64,000 bases of DNA from Negativicutes bacterium (lineage in GTDB: Bacteria; Bacillota; Negativicutes; UBA1444): the NCBI GenBank assembly GCA_963665275.2, contig CAXXIN010000005.1, positions 1-64,000 of the forward strand, given 5' to 3'. Below, one piece after another: positions 29,705 through 40,161 of this stretch; positions within the stretch are counted from its first letter, which is position 1; the number at the start of each line of letters is the position of its first letter. A program made the position numbers and the translations under genes. Under the pieces are notes generated by a model. It saw nothing but the letters and a program-made list of their open reading frames with translations, made no database searches and was not told the DNA's origin.

Positions 29705-31514
29705 TATTTTCTGTGGTTTCGTCATATTCCTTAAGCTTGCGATACAGGGTTGCCTTGCTGATACCCAGCGCCAGGGCCGCCCTGTCCTTGCCCTGCGTCG
29801 TCGGACCGAAATTCTTTATTGCGCCGAGGATCGCTGCTTTTTCCAGTTCTGCAATAGGGGTGACCGGTGGGGAACTTCCCTCCATGGAGAGTTTCGCCGG
29901 CACGGCGGAAGGGGTTCGCATGCGCGTTGGAAGGTGGCTGACCCCGATTTTATCTTCGCTTGCGATATTTACCATATATTCCATCGTGTTTTCCAATTCG
30001 CGGATATTGCCGGGCCATTCATAGTTCAGCAGGCAGTTATAGGCTGCCTCTTCAATCGTGCCGATATCTTTCTGCAACGTTTTGCGGTACTTGTCCAAAA
30101 AACTCTGGATCAATAGAGGCAAATCTTCGCGCCGTTGGCGTAAGGGCGGAATCTGCAACGGAAACACATTGATGCGGTAGTATAAATCCTGCCGAAACGC
30201 ACCGCTTTGCACCATGGCTTCAATGTCCTTGTGCGTGGCGGCAATGATCCGGACATCGATAGGGCTGGAGTCTGTGCCGCCCACCCTGTCGATCTGGCGC
30301 TCCTGCAATACCCTGAGCAGCTTGGATTGCAGGGTCAGAGACATATCTCCGATTTCATCAAGGAAAATCGTTCCCCCGTCGGCGAGCTCAAACTTGCCTG
30401 GTTTTCCGCCACGTCGGGCGCCGCTGAAAGCGCCTTCCTCATACCCGAACAATTCGCTCTCCAGCAAGGCTTCAGGAATGGCCGCGCAATTGATCGCAAT
30501 AAACGGTTTTTCCTGTCGATCACCGGTGCAATGGATTGCTCGGGCAAACATTTCCTTACCTGTGCCGCTTTCGCCGCGAATCAGCACGGTGGCGGTTCCG
30601 GCAGCCGCCTGGGCGGCTTCCTGCTTGACTCTCAGCAATGCAGGACTGCTGCCGAGAATCATCCCGAAGGTATAGCAGTGAACCTGCGTCGATAAATGTG
30701 AAACGAATTTGCGAACCTCTGACAGCTCGCGCAACGTTGCAACGGCGCCGCGCACTTCACAGTCATCCAGCCAAGGTTTGACGGAAACAATGTAATGGAC
30801 GCGACGACCATTGATCAGGCGGAAAACTTCGCGGTTGTTGATGTCGCGACCAGTGTCCAGGACGCTGTCTATTGCAAGCCCGGAAATCAGCTGGGCCAAA
30901 TCTGCGCCCAATAGCGATTCTTTATCGAGATGCAGCATTTTCGCCGCCGCAGTATTCAAATCAACGATCTGGCCGTCCCGGCCAACTGCGATGATGCCTT
31001 CCTGGACGGTATTGAGGACTGTGGTCATTTGCTGCTGAATATTTTTTAGCTGGACAATTCGCTCCTGTTCTGCGACCTTGCTGGCAAGTAGTTCCGACAT
31101 CCGCTGCAAAAAGTCCAGCAATCCGCCTTGATTGGACAGCAAAGCCTGACGTTGCCGCTCGTCAAAAGCGATCAGTGCAATAATGCCGATGATCTTATTA
31201 TCCAGAAGGATGGGACAGCATACTTCTGCACACTCGCTGCAGTCGCTTTTTCCCTCACAGGTGTTGCAGGCAGTGTGTTCGCGGGGATTCGAAATGATGA
31301 AACCTTTTCCTTCGCGCAATACTTTGGCGAAGGCGGAGTTCCCGTCCAGTTTGTCGCCCACCGTTCCTGCATAACGCCCGGTGCCGGCGATTCGCCGCAA
31401 CGCATCATCCACAATCGTCACTTCCACACTCAGCACACTGGCGATCGCTTGCGCAACATGGCGGACATCGGCCTGATTTCTGTTTAATCTGGATGAAATC
31501 GACATAATAACCAT
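29694..31514 (-). CDS. sigma54-dependent activator (PAS, AAA+, Fis-HTH), CdsR-like
   Basis: [50 protein letters not shown]. Confidence 0.92.
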   Translation of the reverse strand: MVIMSISSRLNRNQADVRHVAQAIASVLSVEVTIVDDALRRIAGTGRYAGTVGDKLDGNSAFAKVLREGKGFIISNPREHTACNTCEGKSDCSECAEVCCPILLDNKIIGIIALIAFDERQRQALLSNQGGLLDFLQRMSELLASKVAEQERIVQLKNIQQQMTTVLNTVQEGIIAVGRDGQIVDLNTAAAKMLHLDKESLLGADLAQLISGLAIDSVLDTGRDINNREVFRLINGRRVHYIVSVKPWLDDCEVRGAVATLRELSEVRKFVSHLSTQVHCYTFGMILGSSPALLRVKQEAAQAAAGTATVLIRGESGTGKEMFARAIHCTGDRQEKPFIAINCAAIPEALLESELFGYEEGAFSGARRGGKPGKFELADGGTIFLDEIGDMSLTLQSKLLRVLQERQIDRVGGTDSSPIDVRIIAATHKDIEAMVQSGAFRQDLYYRINVFPLQIPPLRQRREDLPLLIQSFLDKYRKTLQKDIGTIEEAAYNCLLNYEWPGNIRELENTMEYMVNIASEDKIGVSHLPTRMRTPSAVPAKLSMEGSSPPVTPIAELEKAAILGAIKNFGPTTQGKDRAALALGISKATLYRKLKEYDETTENISK

Positions 31515-31515
31515 C

Positions 31516-31947
31516 CTATTTTCGCTCCAGGTTTCGTTCGATTCTTGACAGGATTGCTTCCAATGCGACTGCGTCCGCTGAACTCATTCCAGCGTATATC
31601 CGGGTATTCAATTTACCGGAGATGCTCTGGAGCAGAGGCTGTAACGCCAACCCTGCCGGCGTCAGGCGTATGAAGGTGACACGACTGTCGGTGTCGCTTT
31701 TGCTTTTGCTCACATATCCGCAGACTACCAGTTTGTCGATCAGAACCGTCACCGTCGGCCTACTGCGGTGGATTTTTTCTGCGATATTCTTCATTGTCAG
31801 CTCTTCTTTGCTGAACAACTGGGCCAGGATTTCGCCGTGTGAAGGCACGAGGCCTGCGATTCCGTTTAGCGACAGCTCCTGCATTATGAATTTATCGGCC
31901 CTGTTTCGGATTTGACTGATCAGGGAGAGCGCGTTGCTTTGTTTCAT
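31516..31947 (-). CDS. MarR family regulator
   Basis: [29 protein letters not shown]. Confidence 0.9.
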   Translation of the reverse strand: MKQSNALSLISQIRNRADKFIMQELSLNGIAGLVPSHGEILAQLFSKEELTMKNIAEKIHRSRPTVTVLIDKLVVCGYVSKSKSDTDSRVTFIRLTPAGLALQPLLQSISGKLNTRIYAGMSSADAVALEAILSRIERNLERK

Positions 31948-31953
31948 GCTTAC

Positions 31954-31982
31954 ATTTTAATTAGACATCTAACAGTTGTCAA
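31954..31982 (-). promoter_or_regulatory. SigA promoter of marR with palindromic operator in the spacer
   Basis: TTGACA-N17-TAAAAT on the minus strand; TTAGA-CA-TCTAA palindrome at 31961-31972. Confidence 0.75.
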
Positions 31983-32082
31983 ATTAATTTTCGTTTGTCT
32001 GATTCTTGACGAAGGCGAAAAGGGCATTGACGGTCACGTATCGAAGTATCAAGTGGATGAAAAACTTGGGAGAGTGGTTGTT

Positions 32083-32835
32083 TTGAAATTGGTATCCTGG
32101 AACGTAAACGGATTGCGAGCTTGCATCGGCAAGGGTTTCGGTGATTTTTTCACATCTGTGGATGCCGACATCCTTTGTATTCAGGAAACGAAGATGCAGC
32201 CGGGTCAGGCAGAAATAAATTTCGCTGGCTATGAGCAATTCTGGAATAGCGCGGAGAAGAAGGGGTATTCGGGAACCGCTGTATTTTCTAGATTGCAGCC
32301 GTTGTCGGTTTCCTATGGGTTGAACATGGAGGAACATGATCGTGAAGGACGCATCATTACATTGGAATTCAACGAGTTTCAATTGGTGAATGTATATACT
32401 CCCAACTCTCAGCGACAACTGACCCGACTGGAATATCGACTGCGCTGGGAGGATGATTTTCGGCAATATATAGCGCATCTCAGCGCGAACAAGCCGGTCG
32501 TCATCTGCGGCGATCTAAATGTGGCCCACCAGGAAATCGATATCAAAAACCCGGCCGCAAATAGAAAAAACGCCGGATTTACCGACGAAGAAAGGGCTAA
32601 AATGACGCACCTGCTGGGAACGGGACTCATCGACAGTTTTCGGCGGCTCTACCCTGACAGGCGCGATGCGTATTCCTGGTGGTCCTATATGTCGAATGCC
32701 AGGGAGCGCAACATCGGTTGGCGGATTGATTACTTCCTGGTTTCAGAGGCGGTCAGTCCGCTGATTCGGGAGGCGGGCATTCTCCAGGAAGTGCAGGGCA
32801 GCGATCATTGCCCGGTAACCCTCGAAATCTTTTAA
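32083..32835 (+). CDS. xth: Exodeoxyribonuclease III / AP endonuclease
   Basis: [40 protein letters not shown]. Confidence 0.95.
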   Translation: MKLVSWNVNGLRACIGKGFGDFFTSVDADILCIQETKMQPGQAEINFAGYEQFWNSAEKKGYSGTAVFSRLQPLSVSYGLNMEEHDREGRIITLEFNEFQLVNVYTPNSQRQLTRLEYRLRWEDDFRQYIAHLSANKPVVICGDLNVAHQEIDIKNPAANRKNAGFTDEERAKMTHLLGTGLIDSFRRLYPDRRDAYSWWSYMSNARERNIGWRIDYFLVSEAVSPLIREAGILQEVQGSDHCPVTLEIF

Positions 32836-32859
32836 GTGGTACGACCACAGAACCGAGCG

Positions 32860-34173
32860 CTAGAAAAGAACCAGGATGATGACTATGGACACAAACGCAT
32901 AAACAAAGGCGAATCCGCCGTTCTGCTGCAGCCCGATCGCCAGAGGACTCTGTTTGGAAAGGCTGCCAACCATTAGATTGACGGCGGAAAATGGCGAAAG
33001 CACAGAGTACAGTGTATAACCGGCAAGAAAGGAGCCCGCCAATTGGATGGTGGACAGGGGAATGCTTCCCGGGGGCAGGGAGGCGGCAAGCGCCGCGATG
33101 GTAATCATGGGGTGGATGCCGACCATGGAGAGCAAGCCGATGGCGAGTACCAGCAGCGGAACCAGCGTTGTCGGCGTGTCCAGACCCAAACGGTTGATCA
33201 GGATCGGAATGTAGGATGGAATATCGGAAATCCCCAGGGCATAGCCGAAAAATCCGATGGCGGTAAACAAAACAACTTCGTTGTTCATCTGAGGCAGTCT
33301 GCATGTGAGAAAGTCCCGGACCTGAACGACATAGGCTTCAGTCTTGCCATACGCCAGCGCCAGCACCAGCGGACCTGCAAAAGAAACTAACGGTACGATT
33401 ACCATTGCGCTCTTATGTGTGAAATATTCCAGCGCCACAATCAAAGAAATCAAAATTCCGGTTTGGAACAACAAGGTGAACAAGCTCCTGGAGGATTTTC
33501 TGCTTTCTGAAGGGGAACTGGTTACGGCATTTTTTTCAATAGGATTTTCCAATCGCCCATACTCCAGATAGCCAACCAAGAGTAGGGAAACTGATCCGGC
33601 CAAGGCCAGGGTGATCCCGATCGGCGCAATGGTGAACCAGGAAATGTTGGCGTATTGAGCTGCCAACGCGACAGATATGTAGCTGGGAGACCAAGTCGTA
33701 TTCGGCATGAAGCCGCGTATCAACGCGGTGTGGAATAGTTTGGCGGGATATTTTTCGGCGGTGGGTCGCAATAATTGATGCACAAAATGAAAACTGGCCA
33801 GGTTGATCAAAGCAGCCAACAACGTAAGCATTGTGGAGGTAACGACATAAAATCGATAGGGCGAAGAAACAAAGCGCGAAAGTAATGTCGAGAAGTGTTG
33901 TTGATAAGGTTCGAAATAGAGAATGCTGCCTAATAGTGGAACCGTGAGAACCAAGGCGATCAGGGGTGCATTGTATATGCAGGCTTTGATCCAACCTTGC
34001 GGCGGGATTTGATAAGTCAGCATGAAATAGGCGCCAACCGCAATCAAAATAAGCGACATGAGGCGAGTGGCGGAACGCGTCTCTGAAAAGGCAAGCATGA
34101 ACAGCAGCAGTGCGGAAAAACCCATTGCATATTGTAAAAACAGCATCGGGGAAAAAGCGTTCAGGATAAACAT
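32860..34173 (-). CDS. Polytopic membrane protein, probable ion-transporter-superfamily permease; true start may be 34227
   Basis: About 12 hydrophobic segments, RGFMPNTTWSP, GIHP, SPFSA. Confidence 0.7.
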   Translation of the reverse strand: MFILNAFSPMLFLQYAMGFSALLLFMLAFSETRSATRLMSLILIAVGAYFMLTYQIPPQGWIKACIYNAPLIALVLTVPLLGSILYFEPYQQHFSTLLSRFVSSPYRFYVVTSTMLTLLAALINLASFHFVHQLLRPTAEKYPAKLFHTALIRGFMPNTTWSPSYISVALAAQYANISWFTIAPIGITLALAGSVSLLLVGYLEYGRLENPIEKNAVTSSPSESRKSSRSLFTLLFQTGILISLIVALEYFTHKSAMVIVPLVSFAGPLVLALAYGKTEAYVVQVRDFLTCRLPQMNNEVVLFTAIGFFGYALGISDIPSYIPILINRLGLDTPTTLVPLLVLAIGLLSMVGIHPMITIAALAASLPPGSIPLSTIQLAGSFLAGYTLYSVLSPFSAVNLMVGSLSKQSPLAIGLQQNGGFAFVYAFVSIVIILVLF

Positions 34174-34339
34174 GGCTACAAAAGCGAGTTTGATGAGGGT
34201 GGAACCCCATTGTCTGCCTTGAAGAATATTGGTCCCTTCTTTCTACTAGCGGAGCTAGATTTAAATTTGTCGTGGTTGCTGTATTTTATTTTAATTCGCC
34301 ATGGACGGCAGGGTTCCTTTGCGTTGACTGACCCGTTGC

Positions 34340-34386
34340 AAAAGAAGACCCTGGAGTTCCTGCTAAGGAAGCCCCAGGGTCTTCTT
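34340..34386 (-). terminator. Terminator after the antiporter gene
   Basis: aagaagaccctgg ... ccagggtcttctt. Confidence 0.6.
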
Positions 34387-34399
34387 GAGTTCGCGAGTA

Positions 34400-35905
34400 C
34401 TACCGGAAGAAGATGAAGGTGATCACGACGAAGGTCGGTACCAGAATCGCGCACGACCAGGCCATGTATCCGAAAAAGGAAGGCATCGCTACATCGTTTT
34501 CTTCAGCAATGGATTTCACCATGAAATTCGGCGCATTGCCGATATAGGAGTTGGCGCCCATGAAGACGGAGCCGCAGGAGATCGCCATCAGGATCTGTTC
34601 CGGTACGGTTCCCATGTCGGTGACTACGCCGGTTTTGGCGCCCAGACCAACAGCCACGCTGAGGAACGTCAGGTAGGTCGGTGCATTATCGAGGAAACTG
34701 GATAATACTCCCGAAGCCCAGAAAAACTGCCAAGGTTGCGTAACCCCAAGTTCGGCGCCCCTTGCCTGAAGAATCGCCATCGGAGGGATAATGGTGAGAA
34801 AGATGCCGGCGAACAAGACCGCCACTTCCTTGATCGGCCCCCAGGTGAAATGATTGTCTTCGCGGATCAAAGAAGGCGTCAGCTTGAGTGACAAGAAGCC
34901 CAGCAGCAAGATGGTTCCGTTAAAGAGCAAATTCAGGTAGGGCAGGATCAGGGTATGGCCGTGCAGGGCCATGAGCGAAAAACCGATTTTGGTGTCGGTA
35001 CTGGCGTCGTAAAACATAGGGTCCTTGATATAAATTCCGCCCAGGACAACGGCGGCAACAACTCCGGCCAGAAGCAAAAAGTTGAAAAGTCCGTCGACGC
35101 AGATCGCTTCCTTATCCTCATCACAGCCGCAGGGTTCGGTTGCAGGCTGCGGTATATCCTTGCGATAATAGTAGGAGTCAACCATGTAGTAAATTGCCAG
35201 CACAATACCAGCCGTAACAAGGAACGGCAAAATTAAACGAAGCGTCCAAAAGAAGGGCACTCCATGCAGAAAGCCCAGAAAAAGAGGCGGATCGCCGAGC
35301 GGGGTCAGAGACCCGCCAACATTGCTGACCAAAAAGATAAAAAAGATCATCGTATGCGCTTTGGCTTTGCGAAATGCATTGGCCCGGATAACCGGCCGAA
35401 TCATCAGCATGGAAGCGCCGGTGGTGCCAATCAGGCTTGCCAAGAGGGTTCCGATGATCAGCAGAATGCAATTGAAGATCGGTGTACCCTTTAGGGCTCC
35501 TCGGACGATGATGCCGCCGGATATTACGAAAAGGCTGCCGAGCAGAATGATGAAGGGAATATAGTCAAAGATGTACATGTGAAGGCAATAATAGATGGCG
35601 GAAGAAAAATCCAACAGCATAGCAAAAGGGATGAAAAAGGCGAGTGCCCAGAATAGGCTGACTTTGCCTTCGTTATGCTCCCACCAGTGCGAATTTACCA
35701 ACGGACACAGAGCAATCGAAAGCAGAATTCCTACGAACGGCAAGCCCATCCACATTGGCAGTATTTTGCCGATATCGGGAGCCTCTCCGGCCGTTTCCGC
35801 AGCCAGCGCCACAGAAGGAATCGCGGACAAAATAAAAAGACCCAGGACTGTTATAATGGAAGCAACGCGGTACGGCCGCAACGCGGCGCAGGATGAAACG
35901 TTCAA
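34400..35905 (-). CDS. Putative sodium:proton antiporter (IT superfamily)
   Basis: GTTGASML.IRP, NVGGSLTPLGDPPLFLGFL, LSSFLDNAPTY, SYIGNAPNFMV. Confidence 0.8.
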   Translation of the reverse strand: MNVSSCAALRPYRVASIITVLGLFILSAIPSVALAAETAGEAPDIGKILPMWMGLPFVGILLSIALCPLVNSHWWEHNEGKVSLFWALAFFIPFAMLLDFSSAIYYCLHMYIFDYIPFIILLGSLFVISGGIIVRGALKGTPIFNCILLIIGTLLASLIGTTGASMLMIRPVIRANAFRKAKAHTMIFFIFLVSNVGGSLTPLGDPPLFLGFLHGVPFFWTLRLILPFLVTAGIVLAIYYMVDSYYYRKDIPQPATEPCGCDEDKEAICVDGLFNFLLLAGVVAAVVLGGIYIKDPMFYDASTDTKIGFSLMALHGHTLILPYLNLLFNGTILLLGFLSLKLTPSLIREDNHFTWGPIKEVAVLFAGIFLTIIPPMAILQARGAELGVTQPWQFFWASGVLSSFLDNAPTYLTFLSVAVGLGAKTGVVTDMGTVPEQILMAISCGSVFMGANSYIGNAPNFMVKSIAEENDVAMPSFFGYMAWSCAILVPTFVVITFIFFR

Positions 35906-36180
35906 CTGGATGGCCTCCCCTCAATATTCACGCAATTTCTGCAACAACCATGCTTGGCGTTGCTGTACTACATAATCTATAATCTTCTATAGGAAAAAGT
36001 TAATCTCCTGCTGTCTGACAAAAAAATATTCAGTTTTTTATGCCAATTCGGATTAATTGTGTTTTACACCTAAGCGTGTATCAAGACGACAACAGTCGGG
36101 TAGTTTTCATATGAGCGTTAATGGTAGAATATAAAAGTTACCCGCAAAAGCGGTTTGGTGACCAACTTTGGGAGGATTTC

Positions 36181-37532
36181 ATGGACAAATCGAACGTACT
36201 GGAGAAAAAAAGGTTTCCACTCTATTGTGGAATTATTCCGGGCCTGCGATCATCGGCATGGTGGTCAATGCTTTGTACAATGTTATAGACAGCATTTTTG
36301 TCGGCCGGGGAGTCGGCGAGATCGGGCTGGTCGCTGTAACGCTCGCATTTCCTCTAATGATGATTTTGATGGGTGTCGGTATGTTTGTTGGCTTGGGCGC
36401 CGGAGCTCTGATTTCTATTCGCTTGGGACAAAAGGATAAACCCGGAGCGGAGTTGATTTTGGGCAATGCCCTGATGCTGGTTATTATACTGGTCCTGGTC
36501 AGCACATCACTGTCCCTGTGGTTTTTGGATCCTCTACTGGTTTTGTTGGGCGCGACCCCGGATGTGATGCCTTATGCCAGAGATTTTTCCGCGATTATTC
36601 TGGGCGGCAGCGTTTTTATGCATGTGAGTTTTAGCCTGAACAATCTGATCAGGGCCCAGGGCGACCCCAAAACAGCCCTCAGGACGATGTTAATCGGAGC
36701 CCTGCTCAATACGGCCCTCAATCCGCTGTTCATCTTTGTTTTCCATATGGGTATCAAGGGGTCGGCATGGGCCACTGTTGCGGCGCAGGCCGTGGCGACG
36801 GTGTGGGTATTGTCCTATTTTATCAAGGGAACAGGAACGATGCGGTTGAAAAAAATGAATCTTCGGATTCGCCGCGATATCGTGCTTGAGATCGCTCGTA
36901 TCGGCATGGCGCCGTTCTTGCTTCAAATGGGAGCCAGTTTGGTGATGGTCGTGTTGAACTTCAAGCTGCTGACTTATGGTGGCGGGCTGGCAGTGGCGGC
37001 CTTCGGGATCGTGAACCGTGTCCTGATGCTCATCATGATGCCGGTGATGGGGATCAGTCAGGGAGCGCAACCGATCATAGGGTATAACTTCGGCGCAGGG
37101 AACTATCGCCGGGTTATTGAAGTAATGAAACTGGCGGCCGCTTCGGCGACGGGGCTTTGCGTGTTGGGTTTTTTGGGTGTGCAAATTTTTGCCGAGCAGA
37201 TCGTGCGGCTGTTCAACGGCAACCTGGAACTGGTCCAACTGGGCTCGACCGGATTACGATTATATTTGCTGTTGCTGCCGTTGATTGGCTTTCAGTTGAT
37301 CGGCGCCAACTATTATCAGGCGGTTGGTAAGGCCGGGTACGCAATTGTATTCAATTTGCTGCGGCAAATCGTACTCTTGATTCCAATGGTGTATATTCTC
37401 TCTTCGTTTCTGGGACTGACAGGGGTTTGGCTGGCCGGACCTGTTTCGGATCTGGGAGCGGCGATTGCCACAGCCTGGTTTTTGGTCAGAGAACTGAAAG
37501 GATTACGCCAGAAGGCTAATTTGCAAATATAA
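36181..37532 (+). CDS. MATE efflux transporter (MepA-like); apparent 1-bp frameshift near codon 8
   Basis: PAIIGMVVNALYNVIDSIFVG, GAQPIIGYNFGA. GGAGG-ATG at 36181 (MDKSNVL) is one base out of frame with GEKKVSTLL. Confidence 0.85.
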
Positions 37533-37572
37533 ACTAGTAGGAATGAGCGGCGCAAGCGATGAAATAACAGAG

Positions 37573-37605
37573 AATCCTGCCGACATGTCATGTTCGGCAG
37601 GATTT
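37573..37605 (+). terminator. Hairpin after the MATE gene
   Basis: aatcctgccga ... tcggcaggatt t. Confidence 0.55.
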
Positions 37606-37697
37606 ATACTTTATTGAGCTAAATATAATCATATTATGAATATGATTTAAGGCTGGTTGTAATTGGAAAGGATCCATGTGCGAGAGGAGTAACAAAG

Positions 37698-38571
37698 ATG
37701 AATAAAACGATTACGGAGCTGATCCGCCAACGCTTTTCCTGCCGTAGGCATCCAGAGAAAGCCATCGCAGCAGATGCGCAGACGCAACTGCAGGAGTTCC
37801 TGAGCGGCCATCAAGAAGGCCCTTTTGGCTCGCAAACCCGCTTTCAACTGATTGCTGCGACCGAGCAGGATCGCCAATCCTTGAAAGGCGTGGGGACTTA
37901 TGGATTTATTAAGAATGCGCAGGGATTCATCGTGGGCGCTCTCGGACCGGGACCCAAGAACCTGGAGGATTTCGGCTATCTGATGGAATGGGCGATCCTG
38001 TTTGCAACCGATCTGGAGCTGGGGACTTGTTGGCTGGGCGGGAGCTTCACAAAAAGCGGCTTTGCCAAAAAAATCGCGATAACCGCAACAGAAACGGTTC
38101 CAGCGGTGACCTCTGTCGGATATATTGCAGATCATAGTAAAGCGGAGGATTGGATTCGGCGACGAGCCGGGGGGGGCGATGCGGCTTCCGGCGGAACAGT
38201 TGTTTTTTGCAAGACAGTTTGGTGAGCCCCTTCAAATGGAGAGCGTCGGTGACTTTGCCACAGTGCTGGACATGGTGCGATGGGGACCTTCGGCATCCAA
38301 CAAACAGCCGTGGCGCATACTTAATGTCGGCGGAATCTGGCACTTTTACCTGCAGCGAACGCCGGGATATGGCAAAGAAAGCATGTTGGGCAGGCTTCTT
38401 GGGGTGGCTGACGTTCAGCGCATCGATATGGGAATCGCCATGTGCCATTTTGAACTGTCCGCCCTGGAAATGGGGGTGTCGGGGCGTTGGTCGGTCAGCG
38501 CACCGTCAGGGATCAAACTGCCGCCGAACACGGAATACGTTGTTAGCTGGACGGCGGCAGAAAACGAGTAA
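37698..38571 (+). CDS. Double-domain nitroreductase family protein split by a frameshift in a G8 tract
   Basis: RFSCRR, TYGFIK, LGTCWLGG in one frame; PSASNKQPWR, IDMGIAMCHF in the next; G8 at 38169-38176, G7 would restore the frame. Confidence 0.8.
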
Positions 38572-38642
38572 TTCTTTTCGCTAGGCAGGATTTCAAGGCT
38601 CCTGTCACGGAAACGTACTAGATGGGGGCGTGTTTGGAACCA

Positions 38643-39515
38643 ATGCACAGTTTCATGGCCGGCGTATTTTTGATATTCCTTTCGGCGTTCGGTTTTGGCC
38701 TGATGCCTATCTTCGCGCTTTATGCGTACCGCGGCGGTGTCAATGTTTCCACGTTGCTCTTTCTGCGATTCACGAGCGCTGCGCTGTGTTTCTTTGCCTA
38801 TTTGATATCGAGTCACACCTGTATCAGGGTCCGACGGCGCGAGATGGTCGGGTTATTCTCGATGGGAACAGTGCTATACGCAATGCAGTCAACTCTCTAT
38901 TTTTCGGCTGTCCGCTATATACCGGCTTCACTCGCGGCCCTGATCCTTTATCTGTATCCCGTCCTTGTGGCATTTCTCAGTGTTATAGTGGATAAGGAAT
39001 CCTGGTCATGGAAAATGGTGGCGCCGTCAGTGCTTTCGTTAATCGGTATAGCGGTGGTTCTGGGGGCGCCGCTTGACAGGCTGGATGGATTCGGCGTACT
39101 GTTGGCTTTCGGCGCGGCCCTGGTGTATTCGATCTATATCGTTATGGGCCGGCGCATCCTCGCGCAGGTCTCTCCTGTCGCTACCAGTGCATTCATCTCT
39201 GCGTTTGCCGCATTGAGCTTTTTGATATATGGCGGAATTACCCATTCGCTGGTATTTGAACTGTCGGTGCAGACCTGGTTGGTGATTGCGGGGGTCGCAC
39301 TATTTTCAACTATTCTGGCGATGGCGACTTTCTTCGCTGGTATGAACATCGTAGGACCAACCCGTGCTTCGATCCTGAGTACGATTGAGCCAGTAATCAC
39401 AATCGGGTTTTCTGCCCTGTTACTTGGCGAGAAACTTTCATGGGAACAAGGCGCCGGCGCAGTGCTCGTTATTGCTGGAACCGTCTGGGTGATCAGTCAG
39501 CGCGAACAGTCATAA
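38643..39515 (+). CDS. EamA/DMT transporter
   Basis: LLFLRF, LYLYPVLV, GPTRASILSTIEPV, LLGEKL. Confidence 0.88.
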   Translation: MHSFMAGVFLIFLSAFGFGLMPIFALYAYRGGVNVSTLLFLRFTSAALCFFAYLISSHTCIRVRRREMVGLFSMGTVLYAMQSTLYFSAVRYIPASLAALILYLYPVLVAFLSVIVDKESWSWKMVAPSVLSLIGIAVVLGAPLDRLDGFGVLLAFGAALVYSIYIVMGRRILAQVSPVATSAFISAFAALSFLIYGGITHSLVFELSVQTWLVIAGVALFSTILAMATFFAGMNIVGPTRASILSTIEPVITIGFSALLLGEKLSWEQGAGAVLVIAGTVWVISQREQS

Positions 39516-39548
39516 CAAAAATTATAAATAAAAAGAGGAGGGGTTTGT

Positions 39549-40118
39549 ATGTTTCTTGACAAGGTAAAAGCGAACCGGAGTTATCGGCGGTTCTATGAAG
39601 AGGAAGCCGTAACTCGCGAGAAGTTGCTGCAATTGATCAACTTGGCTCGATTGTGTCCGTCGGGCGCCAATCGGCAAGCGCTGCGTTATTTTATTTCCTG
39701 TGAACCGGTTCAAAACGACAAGGTGTTTTCCGCATTGGGGTGGGCCGCTTATTTGAAGGAATGGCAGGGGCCAGATGCCGGTGAGCGTCCCGCAGCCTAT
39801 ATCGTGATGGTTCAGGATCAGGGTTATAAAATGGTCAGCAGTATCGACCCCGGCATTGCGGCGCAAACTATTTTGTTGGGAGCAACAGAGGCGGGCTTGG
39901 GTGGGTGCATGATCGGTAACATCAATCATGCGGTTCTGCGTCAGGCGCTGGATATCCCGGAACAATATGAGATTCTGCTCGTGATTGCAATTGGCAAACC
40001 GAAGGAAGAAATCGTCATCGAAGAAATTGAACCCGATGGTGACATCAAATATTGGCGCGATGAAAAACAGACCCATCACGTGCCCAAACGAAAACTCAAG
40101 GACATCATCTTGAATTGA
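39549..40118 (+). CDS. Nitroreductase family protein
   Basis: NRSYRRF, PSGANRQ, DPGIAAQTILLGA..GLGGC, HHVPKR. Confidence 0.9.
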   Translation: MFLDKVKANRSYRRFYEEEAVTREKLLQLINLARLCPSGANRQALRYFISCEPVQNDKVFSALGWAAYLKEWQGPDAGERPAAYIVMVQDQGYKMVSSIDPGIAAQTILLGATEAGLGGCMIGNINHAVLRQALDIPEQYEILLVIAIGKPKEEIVIEEIEPDGDIKYWRDEKQTHHVPKRKLKDIILN

Positions 40119-40161
40119 GTTTGGATACCCAAAGATAAATTTGCGGGAACAGGAGATAAGA

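Noticed and set aside
36201-36213. Programmed -1 frameshift at AAAAAAG in the MATE gene
   Set aside because: The heptamer is not in A_AAA_AAG phase with ATG 36181 and I see no clear stimulatory structure.
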